Shown piece after piece: positions 23,900 through 38,888 of a stretch of DNA of 64,000 nucleotides; the first letter of the stretch is position 1, and each line of letters opens with the position of its first letter. Under the pieces are notes generated by a model that was not told where the DNA came from, searched no databases, and saw only the letters and a program-made list of their open reading frames with translations. Position numbers and translations under genes: made by a program. The DNA comes from Octopus sinensis (taxonomy: Eukaryota), in NCBI RefSeq assembly GCF_006345805.1, contig NC_042998.1, positions 89,218,001 through 89,282,000 on the forward strand, read 5' to 3'.

Positions 23900-26150
23900 G
23901 CTATTGAAAAAGATAAATACTATAGAAATAAAAATAAATATACAAAAAGAAGAAATTAAAGAATAGAAGACAAGAAATCGTTGGTTAATAGCACCGAATC
24001 CTTTGTTATCCAATCTGACAAAGGCTAAACAAAATCTTTCGTTCCTAATTCCAAGCAATCTTACACAGAGTTAGGTAAAAATAAAATCGAAACCAACAGA
24101 CCGACAGCAACAAGAAGAGTGAAAATATTGCTGCTGGATTAGGAAATGCAGATAAGCATCAAGGACGAAAATGTTAAAACAAAAGAAAGTGCAACAACAG
24201 AGTAATCTTGGCAAGAAATAACGACTAAAAAAGTAACCATGGAAATCAGGCAAAAAATGACAAAATGCCAAACTTCTGGCTAGAATATTTAGAAAGATAT
24301 ATACAGTGTACTAGTAAAGATAAACAGTTTGTCGAACGAGCCAGAACAAAATGTAAATGTTATGGCTCTAGGTTAACGCCCCTGGATTAAAGAAACATAA
24401 CGTTCGCCAAAACTACAATCCTACAACATGTTAACCTATAATTTAAAGTCTTCATAAATTACATTAAATTGTAGATACACAAAAGGTCAGGGAGGATACT
24501 GTAAAGGCTCAGAAGAACGTAAAAATATCAGTAGTGATCAATAAAATCCTAACTGAAGACAGTAACAAAGAGTATGGTGTGAATTTTTTCTGGGAAGTTT
24601 TGATTATGTTCTTCATGATTGGATTCTGAAAATAGTAGCAACGAGTGAAGAAAGCTAAATAACAGATACACCAAAAATAAATAAATGAAAACAAGGAACA
24701 TGTACAGATTCAAACAAAACATGACTGCAAGATCAATCTCCATAAGAGAAATGCTCCGAAATGAATCCCTTTCTCCATTTCTCTTCTGTTTTGTGCTAGC
24801 ATCTTTAAGCAATGTTCTAGATATGACACGATGCAGGTGCGAGTGATAATGGGTGATAATCGATCGGATTTTGTATATGAATTACCTTACGTCGTATTCT
24901 GAAATGCCAATTGACTATAAATCAAAAGTTATACATGATGGAAAATATTATGATATAAAATTCGTTGCTGAAAAATACCATATTGTAAAGGAACATTAAT
25001 ATGATACCATGTTAGATAGGAGAAAAACAGAGGTACAAATTGATTAAACTCAGACTTATAAATCCTGAGGAATTAATAAAGGTTTATTATAAACACAGAA
25101 TAATAATAGCTAAAACGCAACTATTTGTCAAAACCAAGATAACAAATATCAATACTCGGGTATTTCAGTAATAAGCCATACTCGTAGTTATGATATCCTT
25201 AACTGGAAGTTGATTGAATTAAAAAAAGACAAAGATAAAAGAGAAAAGTTATGACTACATTTAGAAATCACCATCCGACACAGACAGGATTATATTTGAC
25301 GCAAACACAATAGGGTGGGGATTTCTGAAAGTGGTAAACGCGAAAATATGTTGGCCTACAAGAATATCAAGTGAATCAAAGGGGAGAAACTAATATAAAT
25401 AGATCCAAACATGAATAATATTACTATTGTAATTTTATGTCTTTAGGGATCTGGAAAGATAAAATAGACTCTGTGTTAACAGACGGTGTAAGGAGGTAAA
25501 TATAGCACCACGTGAATTTGTTATTTTAACTACAAATTAAATTAAAACAGAACTATGAAAATTCATAGTAAGACGTTAACAGAGGAGCCATATAAGTCAA
25601 AGAATAGAAAACAAAAGGAAAAGTAAATGTAGATAAAGAAAATCGTTAATGCTATTGAAGAAACTCAGGACTCAAAAGCCGAGATAAAAGGTATTTTGAT
25701 CACAGTACATACGCATAGAGACTGAGTTAACAGCTGTTATAGCTGTTCACCTATAGAAATTACTATAAACACAATGGAATATAAAAATAACTTCAGAATA
25801 TGTAGAGGCTGTGAAGAAATAATAAATTACATTGTTTCTGGTTTCAAGTCTTAAACAAAAAATAGCATATGTAAACAAACAGAGGAAGTTGGCGATTTTA
25901 TATACTGGAACACAGTTTCATATGTTAGAACACCATTATGGAACGCAGATGACACAAGTATATCGCAGATGGTGTTAAGGAATGAGTAAATATTTTAGGA
26001 GATACCAATTCCTCTGCTCACTATAATCTCATAGATTATAAGGAAAAAATGTATGATAATCGATTTATGAAATCCAACGGAACCGAAATTTAGAGACATG
26101 GAAATAAAGAGAGTAAGAATGTAGGGACTGAAAACATCATAATAATAGTC
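23900..26150 (+). pseudogene. Heavily decayed R4/Dong/NeSL-like LINE (RT plus restriction-like endonuclease)
   Basis: Recognisable remnants: ISIREMLRNESLSPFLFCFVL (~24735; GIFQGDSLSPLLF-like), DRIIF..GWGFL (~25285), GLKAEIKGILI (~25667), CRGCEEIINYIVSG (~25800) and FRDMEIKRVRM*GLKT (~26089). Boundaries are approximate. Confidence 0.7.
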
Positions 26151-26237
26151 TTTTGAGAATGAAAAGAAGTGCAGACAAATATCTAAAATACCAATACTTG
26201 GTCATACATACATACATACATACATACATACATACAT

Positions 26238-26321
<84 letters not shown>

Positions 26322-28309
26322 GAATGGTAAGGCAACAAAAGTAAGAAAGCGATCTCGATATTATGTAAATGGAAGAATTTATCTGTAAATGTAATATGTA
26401 AACGATTTTTATAATCGATTCGTTCAATCAGGGTTGAACTGGGATAAACTGCTATTGGTGTTGTTGATGGTCGAAATGAATATTGATGGATGACAACGAC
26501 GACGACAGTGAAGATGATGATGATGATGATGTTTATGACGACGATGATAATGACGATGATGATGATGTGTGGTGATAATAATATGAAGGAGGAGGAATAA
26601 GATGAAAAGAGGTGGTAGAGGAAGACTACGCCTACTTCCCTCTTACTAAAACAGTGGCTACGAGTACACGTACATCTGTTTTACTACTGATACTAATATA
26701 AAAACTACTAGCACCACCCCTATAAACCTCAACGTTAACAACAACAACAACGAAGACAACGACGGCGACTTTTTAATTGACCACATATCCTCAAGAGGCG
26801 GTCAAAATTCAAACCTATCCTTTACAGAATGCGAGGGCCGAGTTTCCACCAACCACCTTTTAAAGTAGTCATCATTGTACCACTAATGATGGATTCTCCG
26901 TCGGTCTCGACGATGTGTATGCTATTGTTCGATCTATTGCATTCTTACTCATGAAATTAGCGTATAACGACTGAGTATTCCACAGACACATGCTCTTTTT
27001 AATGCTATTCTCACACGGAATTAATGTGGCAGAATAGGAGAAGCCAGGCCTTTGACTTACAAAATACAATCTATGAAGCAACAAGGAGTGGTGGAAGACT
27101 GAGTTGAGTACTGGACTGTTACCTTGGCCGGAAAGGATAAAATTAAAACTGACCTCGATGGGATTTGAAAATCAGATCACAGTCGGATCGAATTTTGCGA
27201 GGCTTTGTATCTGACTCTCTAACGATTCTTTATCTTTAATAACAATAATACGAGCCTATGAAGGATCCTATACGAGGTTGCCTGGCCTGTTAGAAATAAC
27301 AACACTCAAATCACTCAAATTAGATCGTACCGTGTTAAATAAAGGAAACAGTAGACAACGTAGATTCTGATATACTATAAACGGGTTGAACACGACTGGA
27401 GCCCTAGGCTAAACAGAAACAATAATTGTACAAGCAGATGAATCTGAGTAGCTGTGAAATTGGTGAAAACTAAACAACTCGCTATCTTCATGGAACAATA
27501 TATTCTAAAAAAATTAAATCTCTTCAATAAAAGGGGTTTAGACGCCAGAGCATTTTATCAGAAGGAAGAATTTAAGTTTCGGTCTTACACAAACCAACAA
27601 TGTTATCAATAATAAAAAGAGCAACAATACTGTCTTTTACGTCTAGTTTCTCAAAAGAACAGCTTCCAGCAGTTTAGTCAACTGGTTAGTCTAAGAGACG
27701 AAATTGTAAGTGAAAGAGAAGTGTTCCATGTGTAACATTCGAGTATACGCATTTCTAACCAAAATCAGTTTTTATGTCTGATTGAGTGGTACAGAGTTTC
27801 TCATGAGCTGGGGATGATGCTCCTTCTGGGGGTATTCTTTAAAATTAAAAACGGAGGAGAATTAATTATCATGTTTGATAAAACACAGTTTTAAACTTTT
27901 CAACTTTCTTCAATACCATGACGAAGAAAATTATACGCGTGCAGTATTTATTTTTGTATTTTCATTAATAAAAGAAGAGTGTTGTTGCAATAATTACCCT
28001 AATTTCTTTTGAGGGGTGGGGGCTTAGGTTGGTATTTTTTAGTATGAGAACCACTGGGCTTGTGTACTGTTTAATTTATTCTGACTTCTAAGTTAAGAGA
28101 AAGTTCGGAGTTCGCCAGAGTAGGCAGCGAGAGTAGCGCAGAAGTGGAAAGTTTCGACAGCTTTCAATGATGGAATGATTAATTAGATAACAAATACGGC
28201 TTGAAATATTCAATTAGTTCTGATTTAATTAGAACATATGAAAGTTAATTTGGTAGTGGTAAAACAGTAACAACAAAATTAGAGTAACATGTTCTAATTA
28301 CTCACCGTC

Positions 28310-28584
28310 ACTAACACCACGACCGCCACAACCACCAATACATATCGTGACATGGAAGGCCAGACCACGATCGTCCTCCCCACCACCACTATCATCACCA
28401 TACAACAATTCCACTAGCACTATGACAACACCAACACTACCACTAAACTTAAGTTCACTAATAACATCATTATCACCTTCTCTTCTACCACCATTACCCT
28501 ACCAAAATGCAACCACTATCACTACCACCACCACAATTGCGACTCCAAATCTACCCCAAATTTTGATGTCACTTGCAATACTAT

Positions 28585-28654
<70 letters not shown>

Positions 28655-29260
28655 GCTATTACTAACACAAAAACACCACTGCTGCCATGCTCACAGCTAC
28701 AAAAAACAGCTACAATATTGCCCCTAATTTTCATACCATACCATCTCCACCAACTATCACCAATAGTGCTACCATCACAAACGTTACTACCGCCATCAAC
28801 ACCATAACAACCACCGATAACATCGCCATTAACCACAAAAAAACAACACCAACACCGATACATATATCACCAACAACACCAGGAACATTACAACAACAGT
28901 GACAACCACCTTTAACACCACTATTATCACCAACATTTCTAACAAAAACAATACCAACACAGCTACCACCAGCAACACCAGAAACACCATTACCACTGCC
29001 AACACTATTTCTCCATCTAACACGACAACCACCACCTATACCACCACCACCACCACCACCACCACCACCACGACTGCCAGCACTAATATAACTACCACCG
29101 GCAAGACATCATCATCAACAATCACCACTACCACCAACAATACTGTCAAAAACGATACTGACACAACTACCACCACCAACATCACCGTCATCACAAACAC
29201 CACTAACACTATGTACAGTTCTACCATTAATAACAATCAACCGGATCGCCAACAACACAA
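28310..29260. repeat. Degenerate trinucleotide low-complexity region (ACC/ACT/ACA)n including a pure (CTA)n tract
   Basis: Directly visible; explains the poly-T, poly-V and poly-L ORFs. Confidence 0.9.
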
Positions 29261-29748
29261 CAAACGTTACCGATATTATGGTTTCGCCTCTGAAACTATT
29301 TTCCCACTGATCATAAATTGTTCATGGTGTTGCAACAAATTAACAACCAATTAGCAGTAATAACTGTTAAATAAGATCGATCCTTAGTATGTATGGGACC
29401 GTGGCAAGGTGTCTTCTGCTTTACGATTACAGATAATACTAAAAAATGTCGTGTGTATGTATTTTTATGAGAGAGAAAGCGAGAAAGCGAGAGAAAATGA
29501 CAGAGAAAGTGTGTGTGTGTATATATATATTACATACACACACACATAGTTTATTGTTCCGTTAAGGTAAGATCAACAAAAAGAAACACTCCATCCACTG
29601 AGAGATAAATATTATTTAATGTACACTGTATTAAGATAAGAGATATTAATAGTTTCTTGCCACAAAGACACGAGGTTAGATAGGTTTTCATAACGTGTCT
29701 TAATGGCAAGAAACTATCAGTATTATTATTATAATTATTTAACACAAT

Positions 29749-29834
<86 letters not shown>

Positions 29835-31118
29835 GAAAGGGATAGTGAGAGAGTGAAAAAGATAGAGAGAGAGAGAGTGAAAGTGTGTGTGGGGAGAGAG
29901 CGAGAGTGTGTGCGTGTATGTGAGTGTTGTTTGGGTGTATACTGCAGTTGTTGGTGATGTTTTGAATGTATTTGATTTTTGAAAGTAAAATTATATAGTC
30001 TGAATGCAAAAATGCTGTTGAAATCCTGTGTACGCATACGAGTACGAAGCTGTTCCTGGGAAGGGACTGTGCGCTCACACTAATACACATAACTTTGCTT
30101 AACTGTGCGACCTCTATCCCATTGCAGGGCGTCTTGGGCAAGTGTCGAAGCGACTAATGCTTTGGTTAGTAACTGTATGTGTGAATACGTTTGTTGTTCA
30201 AGTTTTGATGGAACCTAATGTAGCAAAGCTATTAAAAAGGACATTCCAATTTCGGGGGAAATGTATGTCTATATTGCCCAATGGGTTATTTTAAGACAGT
30301 ATGTAACGATAAGAACCACAGGCGCATACACTCGCATGTATGCATATATGTATGCATATATGAATAGATATATGTCTGCGGTGTTGAGAACTCATTTTCC
30401 ACGTTCGACATTTACGTATATATATGTGGGTGGGGTGTTTTTGTAATCGTACCGAAAGTAAAACTATTTACGGCTCTTTTCACATCGTTCTGAGTTGAAA
30501 TCCAGTGGAGACTGACTTCGTCTTTCATTTCCAGTGTGTCTGAAATAAGTAACAGTCATGCAGTAAAATCTGATTCCTTGGAGGTTTGACCCTTACTTAA
30601 ATATTATCAGTTTGTGCCAATCATTATGCTATATCTCTGAATACAAGTAACATAAACTCATAATGTGGATTCTTAATTAGAATGCGTAAAATTGAACTGT
30701 AATACATACATTACAAAGGCACCTCATGTGTGTACGATCGTGTGTGTGTGTGTGCATGTGTATGCGTGTGCGCGACTGTGAGTCTGCAATCGTATACATG
30801 AACAGACGAGGAATTAATGAATGGACATTAAGGACGAGAGTGTACATACGTCTCAGCTGGAGTTTGTGTTGGTTTGCTTCTGATAAGAAATGTTAAGTAC
30901 ATAATTATATAAGTCTAAAGGAATGTATGTATCTGAGTTATTTTATGCATACATGTATGCCTATGACTGTGAATATATATATATATGTGTGTGTGCGTGC
31001 ACATGCGTATAGATACATATATATTTGTGCTTGTGTGTGTATGTGCGTGTAATTAATTATTTATACATACATACGCACAATATGTATATGTGTGTGTGTA
31101 TATATATATTATATATAT

Positions 31119-31152
<34 letters not shown>

Positions 31153-33576
31153 AGTGTGTGTGTTTGTGTGTGTGTGTGTGTTTGAAAAAAGATTTTCTTA
31201 AATTAAAAATTATTAATTATATTAAAAAATTCCTTCAAAGCATGTGTATTAACATATGCAAGCAGTTTGTAATTAAGATTTCTAGACTGCTGCAGTAGTG
31301 GTAGTGTTGGAATCTGGGAGATTCTTGGTTCGGTTAAGTGTTGCTTTCTTTTGCCTTTAAGTTGATTCTCGCTTGGAAAATCGCAGTGATACCCAGAAGA
31401 TCAATCAGAGAAAGAAACAAAAATCTAATTTAAAAAAAAAAAAATGAACATTTAAAATCAAGTTTATTTATTATAATGTAATCTTCAAATGAATACACCA
31501 TGCAGCCTTGTGTTTATAAAATAAACATTCTGCACTGAGTTATCGACGTCATAGAGAAAGTGAGAAAAGTGTCACAAATGGTGTGGTACAATATAAAGGT
31601 GGTTGCAATGTCTGGGATAAAATATTATCAGTTCTAACGAGATCTTAAGGAAATGAGTCATTCGAAGAAAGGATATAAAGCTACAAATTTGAACATGATT
31701 TTGACTGTATCGCAGTAACAAAACAATGGGAAGAAAATGGAAATTTGAGAATATATAGTCTGAATTGTTAACATTTACATTGCAGCTTATGGCTTCGTTT
31801 ATTATAATGTAAAATCTGGTTTGTTTTAAAATTGCTCCCATAATGGTACTTTTTCTTTGAGCGAAAACTTACCAGCATATAAATGATATGAAAATTAATT
31901 TAAAACAAAATTCTAAAAAATAATGGCTATTTTTTATGAGAAGAGGGAGAGAGAGAGAGTAAAAAAATCAAACACAGTAATTCTCATTATTACATTTACA
32001 GAATGTATATTGAAACAAATATCTTAGATTATTGAGTCAATAAATATATTTGCTAATTCAATTACAAAAAGAGCGTGTACAATTAGGTGAAATTCTCTAT
32101 ACATTTATGTATCATGTGTCTTGTTGACCAAAATTATTTTAGTGCTGCGAGAAAAAAAAATGATTAATGTTTTAGGATAGGCTCATCATCGAAAAATGAG
32201 TAAACAAGAAAATATAGCTTGAATAAAACATTAGGAAGCATCTCTGTTTTCGTTTAAATCCAACATAATCATGCATAACCAATAAATTAGATCTTTCTTA
32301 CTTTCTTCCTTTCTTTCTCCTTTCTTTCTTTCTTTCTTTCTCTCTCACTCTCTCTCCTCCCCTTCTCCCTCTTTCTCCCAATCTAGAACCTTCAATTTAT
32401 ACCAAATTAGATGCGACGCTTTTATCTCTAACATTATCCACCTAATCAAGTACTTTACTTGTCCCACGTATAATCTCCTCTACGACAACTCGTGCAAACT
32501 CAGCAACCTCTTATGTGTTAACAGCCAACCGTAATAATATGTCTGCAAACACTTTCACAGTGTTGGTTGGATAACTCTAAACTTGTTGTCTATCACTTCA
32601 ACAATTTATTTCGATTTGTGATGCTATAGACCATCAAAGATCTTGCTACATTCTCAGACGGAAGCATATTAAAATTATATTTCAATTGGATGTATTAGCT
32701 ATGACTCTCCTATATAAAACTTTTTTTCTTTTCTTTGATACAAATCGAACGGTTGAACAGTATAAAATTTTGAAACCATATAAGTATAATGAAATTAAAT
32801 ATGAAAGTCTTTTATATGTTTGAAGTTGAATACATTAAAAGTTCTTTATTTCATGTAACTGATAGAAAGTTGAACGAGTTAATATGATATTAAATAAAGC
32901 TGCATATCCCGGGAAAATTCTGACATTAATTACAATTACCCTATTAAAAGTACATGAAGCTCGAATGTTATTACAAGCTAGAGTGGGGGCTGTCGTGCAA
33001 ATATCCCTTTCGTAAAGAAAGGGAAAACAGAAGGTTGAGTCCCTCTCACATTGAAAGGTCTTATTCTTTATAATGTTATGTTACTTTTGATATTAGCGTT
33101 ATATCTTTGTTGTGTGTACGCCCCCAGACGATGTAGTAGACTAGCCCACTACGTAGATATTCAGGGAGAAGCCTAGACGTCAGGAGAGGAGAGTAGCAGT
33201 AGAGAGTCGAAGTTGAGTAGTAGAGGCATCCGAACGTGCGACATAACAATCTTCTAGTAGTAATGTCTAAACTTATTATATTTGAACCGAAAGCCGAAAG
33301 CCACTGTAACTCCTTTGGTATGTTACAATACACTGAAGGCTGTTAACTAACAAATAATTAGGTTGTGGGGTTAATGTTAATCGGTTTTGTTGTTTCCTTA
33401 ATAAATGTCAAAATTCGTGAGTAATTGAGTGTCGAATGGATCATGAAAGGTGAATAATTTCAGTGCTTAGATTCCACAAATAGCAGATTTCAGTGAGGTG
33501 GGACGCATACAATTAACTGATACAGTTTTATTTTGTTGTAGTTTATATAAGCTTAAATGTTTATATATATATATTA

Positions 33577-33819
33577 GAAGAAATATGGTACTGAGAAATC
33601 TGGATGGTTTTATATTTACAGATATTTATTAATATGTCACATGTTTTATAAATCACATATTAGCGCTTGCGTCCACTCTTGTGGAGTCTTCAGATTGGAA
33701 TCTGAAGACTCCACTAGAGTGGACGCAAGCGCTAATATGTGATTTATAAAAACATGTGACATATTAATAAATATCTGTAAATATAAAACCATCCAGATTT
33801 CTCAGTACCTTATTTCTTC
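33577..33819. repeat. Near-perfect palindrome, ~120-bp arms, 2-nt loop
   Basis: Centre CAGATT-GG-AATCTG at 33691-33704. The arms differ by two substitutions and one A indel as far as I can see. Confidence 0.95.
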
Positions 33820-33870
33820 AAATATATAATACCTGTACATCATCTACAAACCTAACACACACATATATAT

Positions 33871-34055
<185 letters not shown>

Positions 34056-35139
34056 TGTATGCATGTATGCAAATATTTATATGAAGTCAATTCAAATAAA
34101 CAAACAAATCAAATAAATAGATAATAAACGAAGAAAAGAAGAGAAAACAGCGAACTTGAAGACTTGTACAAGATGCATATCAGCTTGACGCTCGGTAAAA
34201 GGAGAGAGTTTAACGTTTGGAGCATAACTCTTCGTCGGAAAGGAGAAAGGGAAAAGTCCAAATATGGAGAAGAAATCGCCAACGTGACACGTGTAGGTAT
34301 ATTGCCGAAATGCATATATATATATATATATACACATTGCCTCCGCGAAAAAACTGCATATCCTCAAACAACACGCAGTATCCATCAAGAAGAAATCCGA
34401 TTTATCTTATTGCTGTCACCAGACGTATGCGCTTCTGGCAAATTTCAAGTCTCTGTCTACTAACAACACGGATATACCAGCTTAGTACCAATTGTTACTC
34501 TGCACTGCCTGCACCAAGGTCACCGTCACCAACCAACCCCATGAGCAGGGCCGCCAATTAAAGATTTCCAACGCTTACCAATCCCCAACGCTTGTTATAC
34601 GCATGTATACTCATGCATGCGTGCACATACACATATGTACATATAAATTAATATGCGTGTATGTGTGTGTGCATGCATATGCATGTGTATGCATATGTGT
34701 GTGTGCGCGCGCATGTCCGCCCATATATGTGGGGGCATGCGCGTGCGTGCACAGATACAGACGCGCACGCTCGCATCAATACAGACATGCACGCAAAACC
34801 ATATACAACCATATACTTGCACATATCGTCCCTTCCAAACTTCCCTTCCAACAACCCGACTGGTTTCCTTCCACCACGCGGTTGATTTCCTGCAGTATTT
34901 TCCAACTAACTGTTGTTGCTGATATATTGATATATCAACATCAAACCACGACATCACGTGACCTTCCTCAACCAATTTACGGTAATAACAACTTCTTTCA
35001 TTCAAATTCAAAATGGCTGAAGACTAGCATCACGCTTGAAACTCGGAGTACCAATGAATTTGAATCAAACTGTTTTGATCCATACATATAGTACCCGATA
35101 AATGTGTTGAATGCACTTCTTTCGTTTCTCCACTCACTC

Positions 35140-35390
35140 GCATGGCTCAGTGGTTAGGGTATTGCACTCACGATTAAGAGATCGTGGGTTCGATTCCCAG
35201 ACCGGGCCTTGCGTTGTGTTCTTGAACAAAGCACTTCATTTCGCGTCACTCTACGACCATTTCGACATCTGACATGTGGCACCCGTTGCACCTGTACAGG
35301 TAATGTCGATTTAATGGAAGAAGTGAGCGTATATCTACACAGATATTTCATCACTATAAACAAATCATTTGTGTTGTTCGATAAAAAATT
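35140..35390 (+). mobile_element. tRNA-derived SINE (second family)
   Basis: GCATGGCTCAGTGGTTAGGG...GTGGGTTCGATTCCC (A and B boxes), followed by GCGTTGTGTTCTTGAACAAAGCACTT (CORE-like box). Confidence 0.75.
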
Positions 35391-35485
35391 GTCGAAAGCT
35401 TATACGTCATCTAACGACGGGTGAGCCCATTATTGTATATATATATATATTCATACATAAACAGTTACATATTTATATAAAGGTG

Positions 35486-35521
<36 letters not shown>

Positions 35522-35639
35522 TTGCAAACACAACTATTGTAAAATTGTAAAATGCAAAATCATAAAATATGAAAATCGGGATATTTTGGAATTTATTTAA
35601 CGTACGCAAGTTTACATATCCTGAATTATATATTTGTGA

Positions 35640-37555
35640 ATGTATGTATGTATGTCATTTTTCAGATTTATTTCAAGATTCTTGTCAATAGAGAAAGAGC
35701 CGGTCTCTAACCTAGATCCAAGGTTTCTTCATTGGAATTCCAACAACCTCAACACGGTATTTTTGTATGTATGTATGTATGTATGTATGTATGTATGTAT
35801 GTATGTATGTATGTATGTATGTATGTATGTATGTATGCATGTATGTATGTATGTATGTGTGTATGTGTGTATGTGTGTATGTATGTATGTATGTATTTAT
35901 GTATTTATGTATGTATGTATGTATGTATGTGTATGTACAGATTTGTATGTATGTATGTGTATGTACAGATTTGTATGTTTTACTTTATGTATGCATTCTT
36001 ATGCATGTAGTTGCATATCTAAACATGCTCATATATACTTAAATGAAAAAAACTTCTGGAAAGTTTTAAAGATTTTTACAATTCCTGTGATGGATTGGAT
36101 CTGCAGTCTTCGAATCAGCTTTCTCCTTTCTGGTTCTGAGAAGCTTAATTTCTCAAGATTTAGGCAGTGTGTTACATATCCCAGGACCCCCAATAATTAC
36201 AGTTGTAAACTTGAACTTGTAATCTGTAGATTTCTCAATAGTTCAGTTCAACGTAAATATTTTCTTTTTCGCTGATCCTTAGCTTTAGGTTAACATCCGC
36301 TGGGCAGTTTCTCTTCTCTATCCCAAATCACAATGTCAGATCTATTATTTTTACAGTTTATTGTGTTTTTTACTGGAACATTCCATCAGTACCCATTTTT
36401 ATTATGAGTAGTTAATGTGAGTTCTTATTTCTTTGTTCTCTGGGTTATACAGCTGAGAGATCTCGTTATACAGTGTCCTAGCTACAATATCATATCTCAT
36501 CGGTAGATTATACCGTGATTGTATTTTCGGATAACTGCTTAAGATACAGGTGATATATTCGGTGTTAACTCCACAAAGTCTGCATCACTTAAAACATTTT
36601 GCTGATTTTCATGCGCCTCTGCTCCTTTTGTACATCAGGTATTAGACTGATATTTCTGGATTGCAAACGCATACCCTTCAAAGCGGTGATTAGTAATCCG
36701 GTTGTTGGTTTATGATAGATTACTTTGATGATCATCATCATCCCAGAGTGTTCTACTAACATATCCATGCCTGGTCTGCTGTTGATATACGCTCATCTTT
36801 TCATCTGGTGATACGTTACGGTGGAGTCATGCAACTTCTTAGGACATGCATTTAAGGTTATTAGACAAGGAATGCTGCTCAAGGAGTTACTTTCCAAGTC
36901 TTATGATGTTATCAGCCTCATGTATGCGAACTTGGTCAGCAGATGCACTTCGATACTTGGTGGTTAAAAGATGTTTACGACATTCAAAGGCAGTCTGGAT
37001 TGATGCTAAGCTTCTCAGCCTTGATTTCATTTTAGGTAGAGACGCTCTATGTCACTGTTGATGTGGAAATTATGTGTGTTGGTTAGTATCTTCCGGGTTT
37101 TCTCATCGATGGCTCGGATCTCATCAAACGTCCAATCAAGCGGCCCAAATGTCGGTATGTGTAGTGGCACTGCAAACGCATTGTGGGCCATTGTTTTATT
37201 GAATGCAGAGAGTTCTTAGGTACCATTGTAAGATGCGTTTTCATCCATCCCTAGATACCTTTTTCTTTACTACCCACAAGGGGCTAAACACAGAGAGGAC
37301 AAACAAGGACAGACATCCCTAGATACCTGCAACACTTCATCAGATGTAGGGGAAACAGCCAAATCATTGATGGAAATGTTTCTGGTCTGGTTTAGAGACT
37401 TCCCTCTTTTCACAACCATATAACAACATTTATCCTGAACAAACTCCAGCCATATATACTTTGAGAATGTTGTAACCAGGTCAAGGCTCTTTTTGATCTC
37501 ATGCATATTCTTTACGTATAGTTTCAAGTCATCCACAAAGAAACAGAATGTAATT
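35640..37555 (-). pseudogene. 5'-truncated R4/Dong/NeSL-like LINE (RT C-terminus, endonuclease, 3' UTR)
   Basis: Minus-strand remnants FFVDDLKLYVKN...DKC (RT catalytic motif), YLGMDEN, NRSDIVIWDREEK and IIGVLGYV...RRKLIRRLQIQSITG..KIFKTFQK, then a 3' region with (CATA)n tracts. Confidence 0.85.
37261..37313 (-). mobile_element. 53-bp SINE 3' tail inserted in the LINE with a perfect 15-bp TSD
   Basis: CATCCCTAGATACCT at 37246-37260 and 37314-37328. The insert is the reverse complement of TCTGTCCTTGTTTGTCCTCTCTGTGTTTAGCCCCTTGTGGGTAGTAAAGAAAA, the tail seen at ~45515-45570 and ~56845-56900. Confidence 0.92.
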
Positions 37556-38696
37556 TTATGTATGTATGTATGTATGTATGTATGTATGTATGTATGTATG
37601 TATGTATGTATGTATGTATGTATGTATGTATGAATGTATGTATGTATGTATGTATGCATGCATACAAGTATGTATGTATGTACGTATGCAATCGTGCCTA
37701 CCTAAATGCATATATACGTGTGTGTGTGTACGTAATGCGTTTCTAATTTCATTTCATTGACCACTGAGATTAAAAGAAAAAAAAAAAAACAGAGAGTGGG
37801 ACATTCCATTGGCATCCTAGCGTTTCTGACACCTCCCACAGTGTAAATATGCCAGTATCATATGTTCTAAAAATTATCTTTTAATTAGTTATCAGCCATG
37901 TAATTTTATTTCTTTATATTAAGAGATGCTATGTTTATAAACTCTTATTGTCTTCTGATTCTGGCTACAAAAGGGTTTTTTTTCCTGCAAGTGAAATACT
38001 TCGAATTTCAACAACCAAACCTACTACGATAGCAATATCTTGAGAAAGACATAATGATTCCGAAAGGAATAGCCGGAGAATTAGCCGAGGAAAAATAGAA
38101 AGAAACAAACAAATGGAACAGTGTCGAGAAATAGAGAAAAAATATAAGGAAGAGAGTAAGAAAACAAAAGAAATAGAAGTAAAATTGAAGAAGAAATAGA
38201 AAAGAAATTCAAGAAGAAAATTAAAGAACAAACATTTTTATTATTTCTCGAAATTTATAGGGAAAAAGGACCAAGTTTGTTCTGCACATGTGGTAGATAG
38301 TATTTAATCCTGAGAATAAAATCTATTATTAGTTCTTTAAATGTCGTTTGTAAATGAGAAAAAAAGATCAAGCTATTTCTAAACATTCTAAACATATCTT
38401 TGTGGCTGCTGCTGCTGCTGTTGTTGTTGTTAAGCAAGAAGACGGGTAAGGGTGATTAGGTGATGGTCTAGGGCTTAGGGGCGGGAGACCCCAGACCTTG
38501 GAAAAAAAAACTTTGGTCGTCTTGTTGTCGTCGAGGGCTTTTCGTTGACGCCCGTCACCACTGGGAGGGGGCCCTCGAAGTCGCTGGAAATAGAGATATC
38601 CAGGTCCAAATTCTTGAACGGCTGCTACTGCTGCTGTTGCTGCTGTGCTGCTGCTGCTGCTGCTACTACTGTTGCTGATACTAACACTGTTGCTGA

Positions 38697-38743
<47 letters not shown>

Positions 38744-38888
38744 AAGATCTTTGCATTCTGCATACGTGCACGCAGAAAGAACAATGTGTAAGTGTGTGTG
38801 TATGTGTGCGTGAGTGTCTTTGTGTGTGCGTATACATTCATATATATATACATATATACACACATATGTATATGTATACACATATAAT

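Noticed and set aside
28347-29354. Thr-, Val- and Leu-rich ORFs resembling a mucin
   Set aside because: Products of degenerate trinucleotide repeats that are open in several frames on both strands; no supported splice structure.
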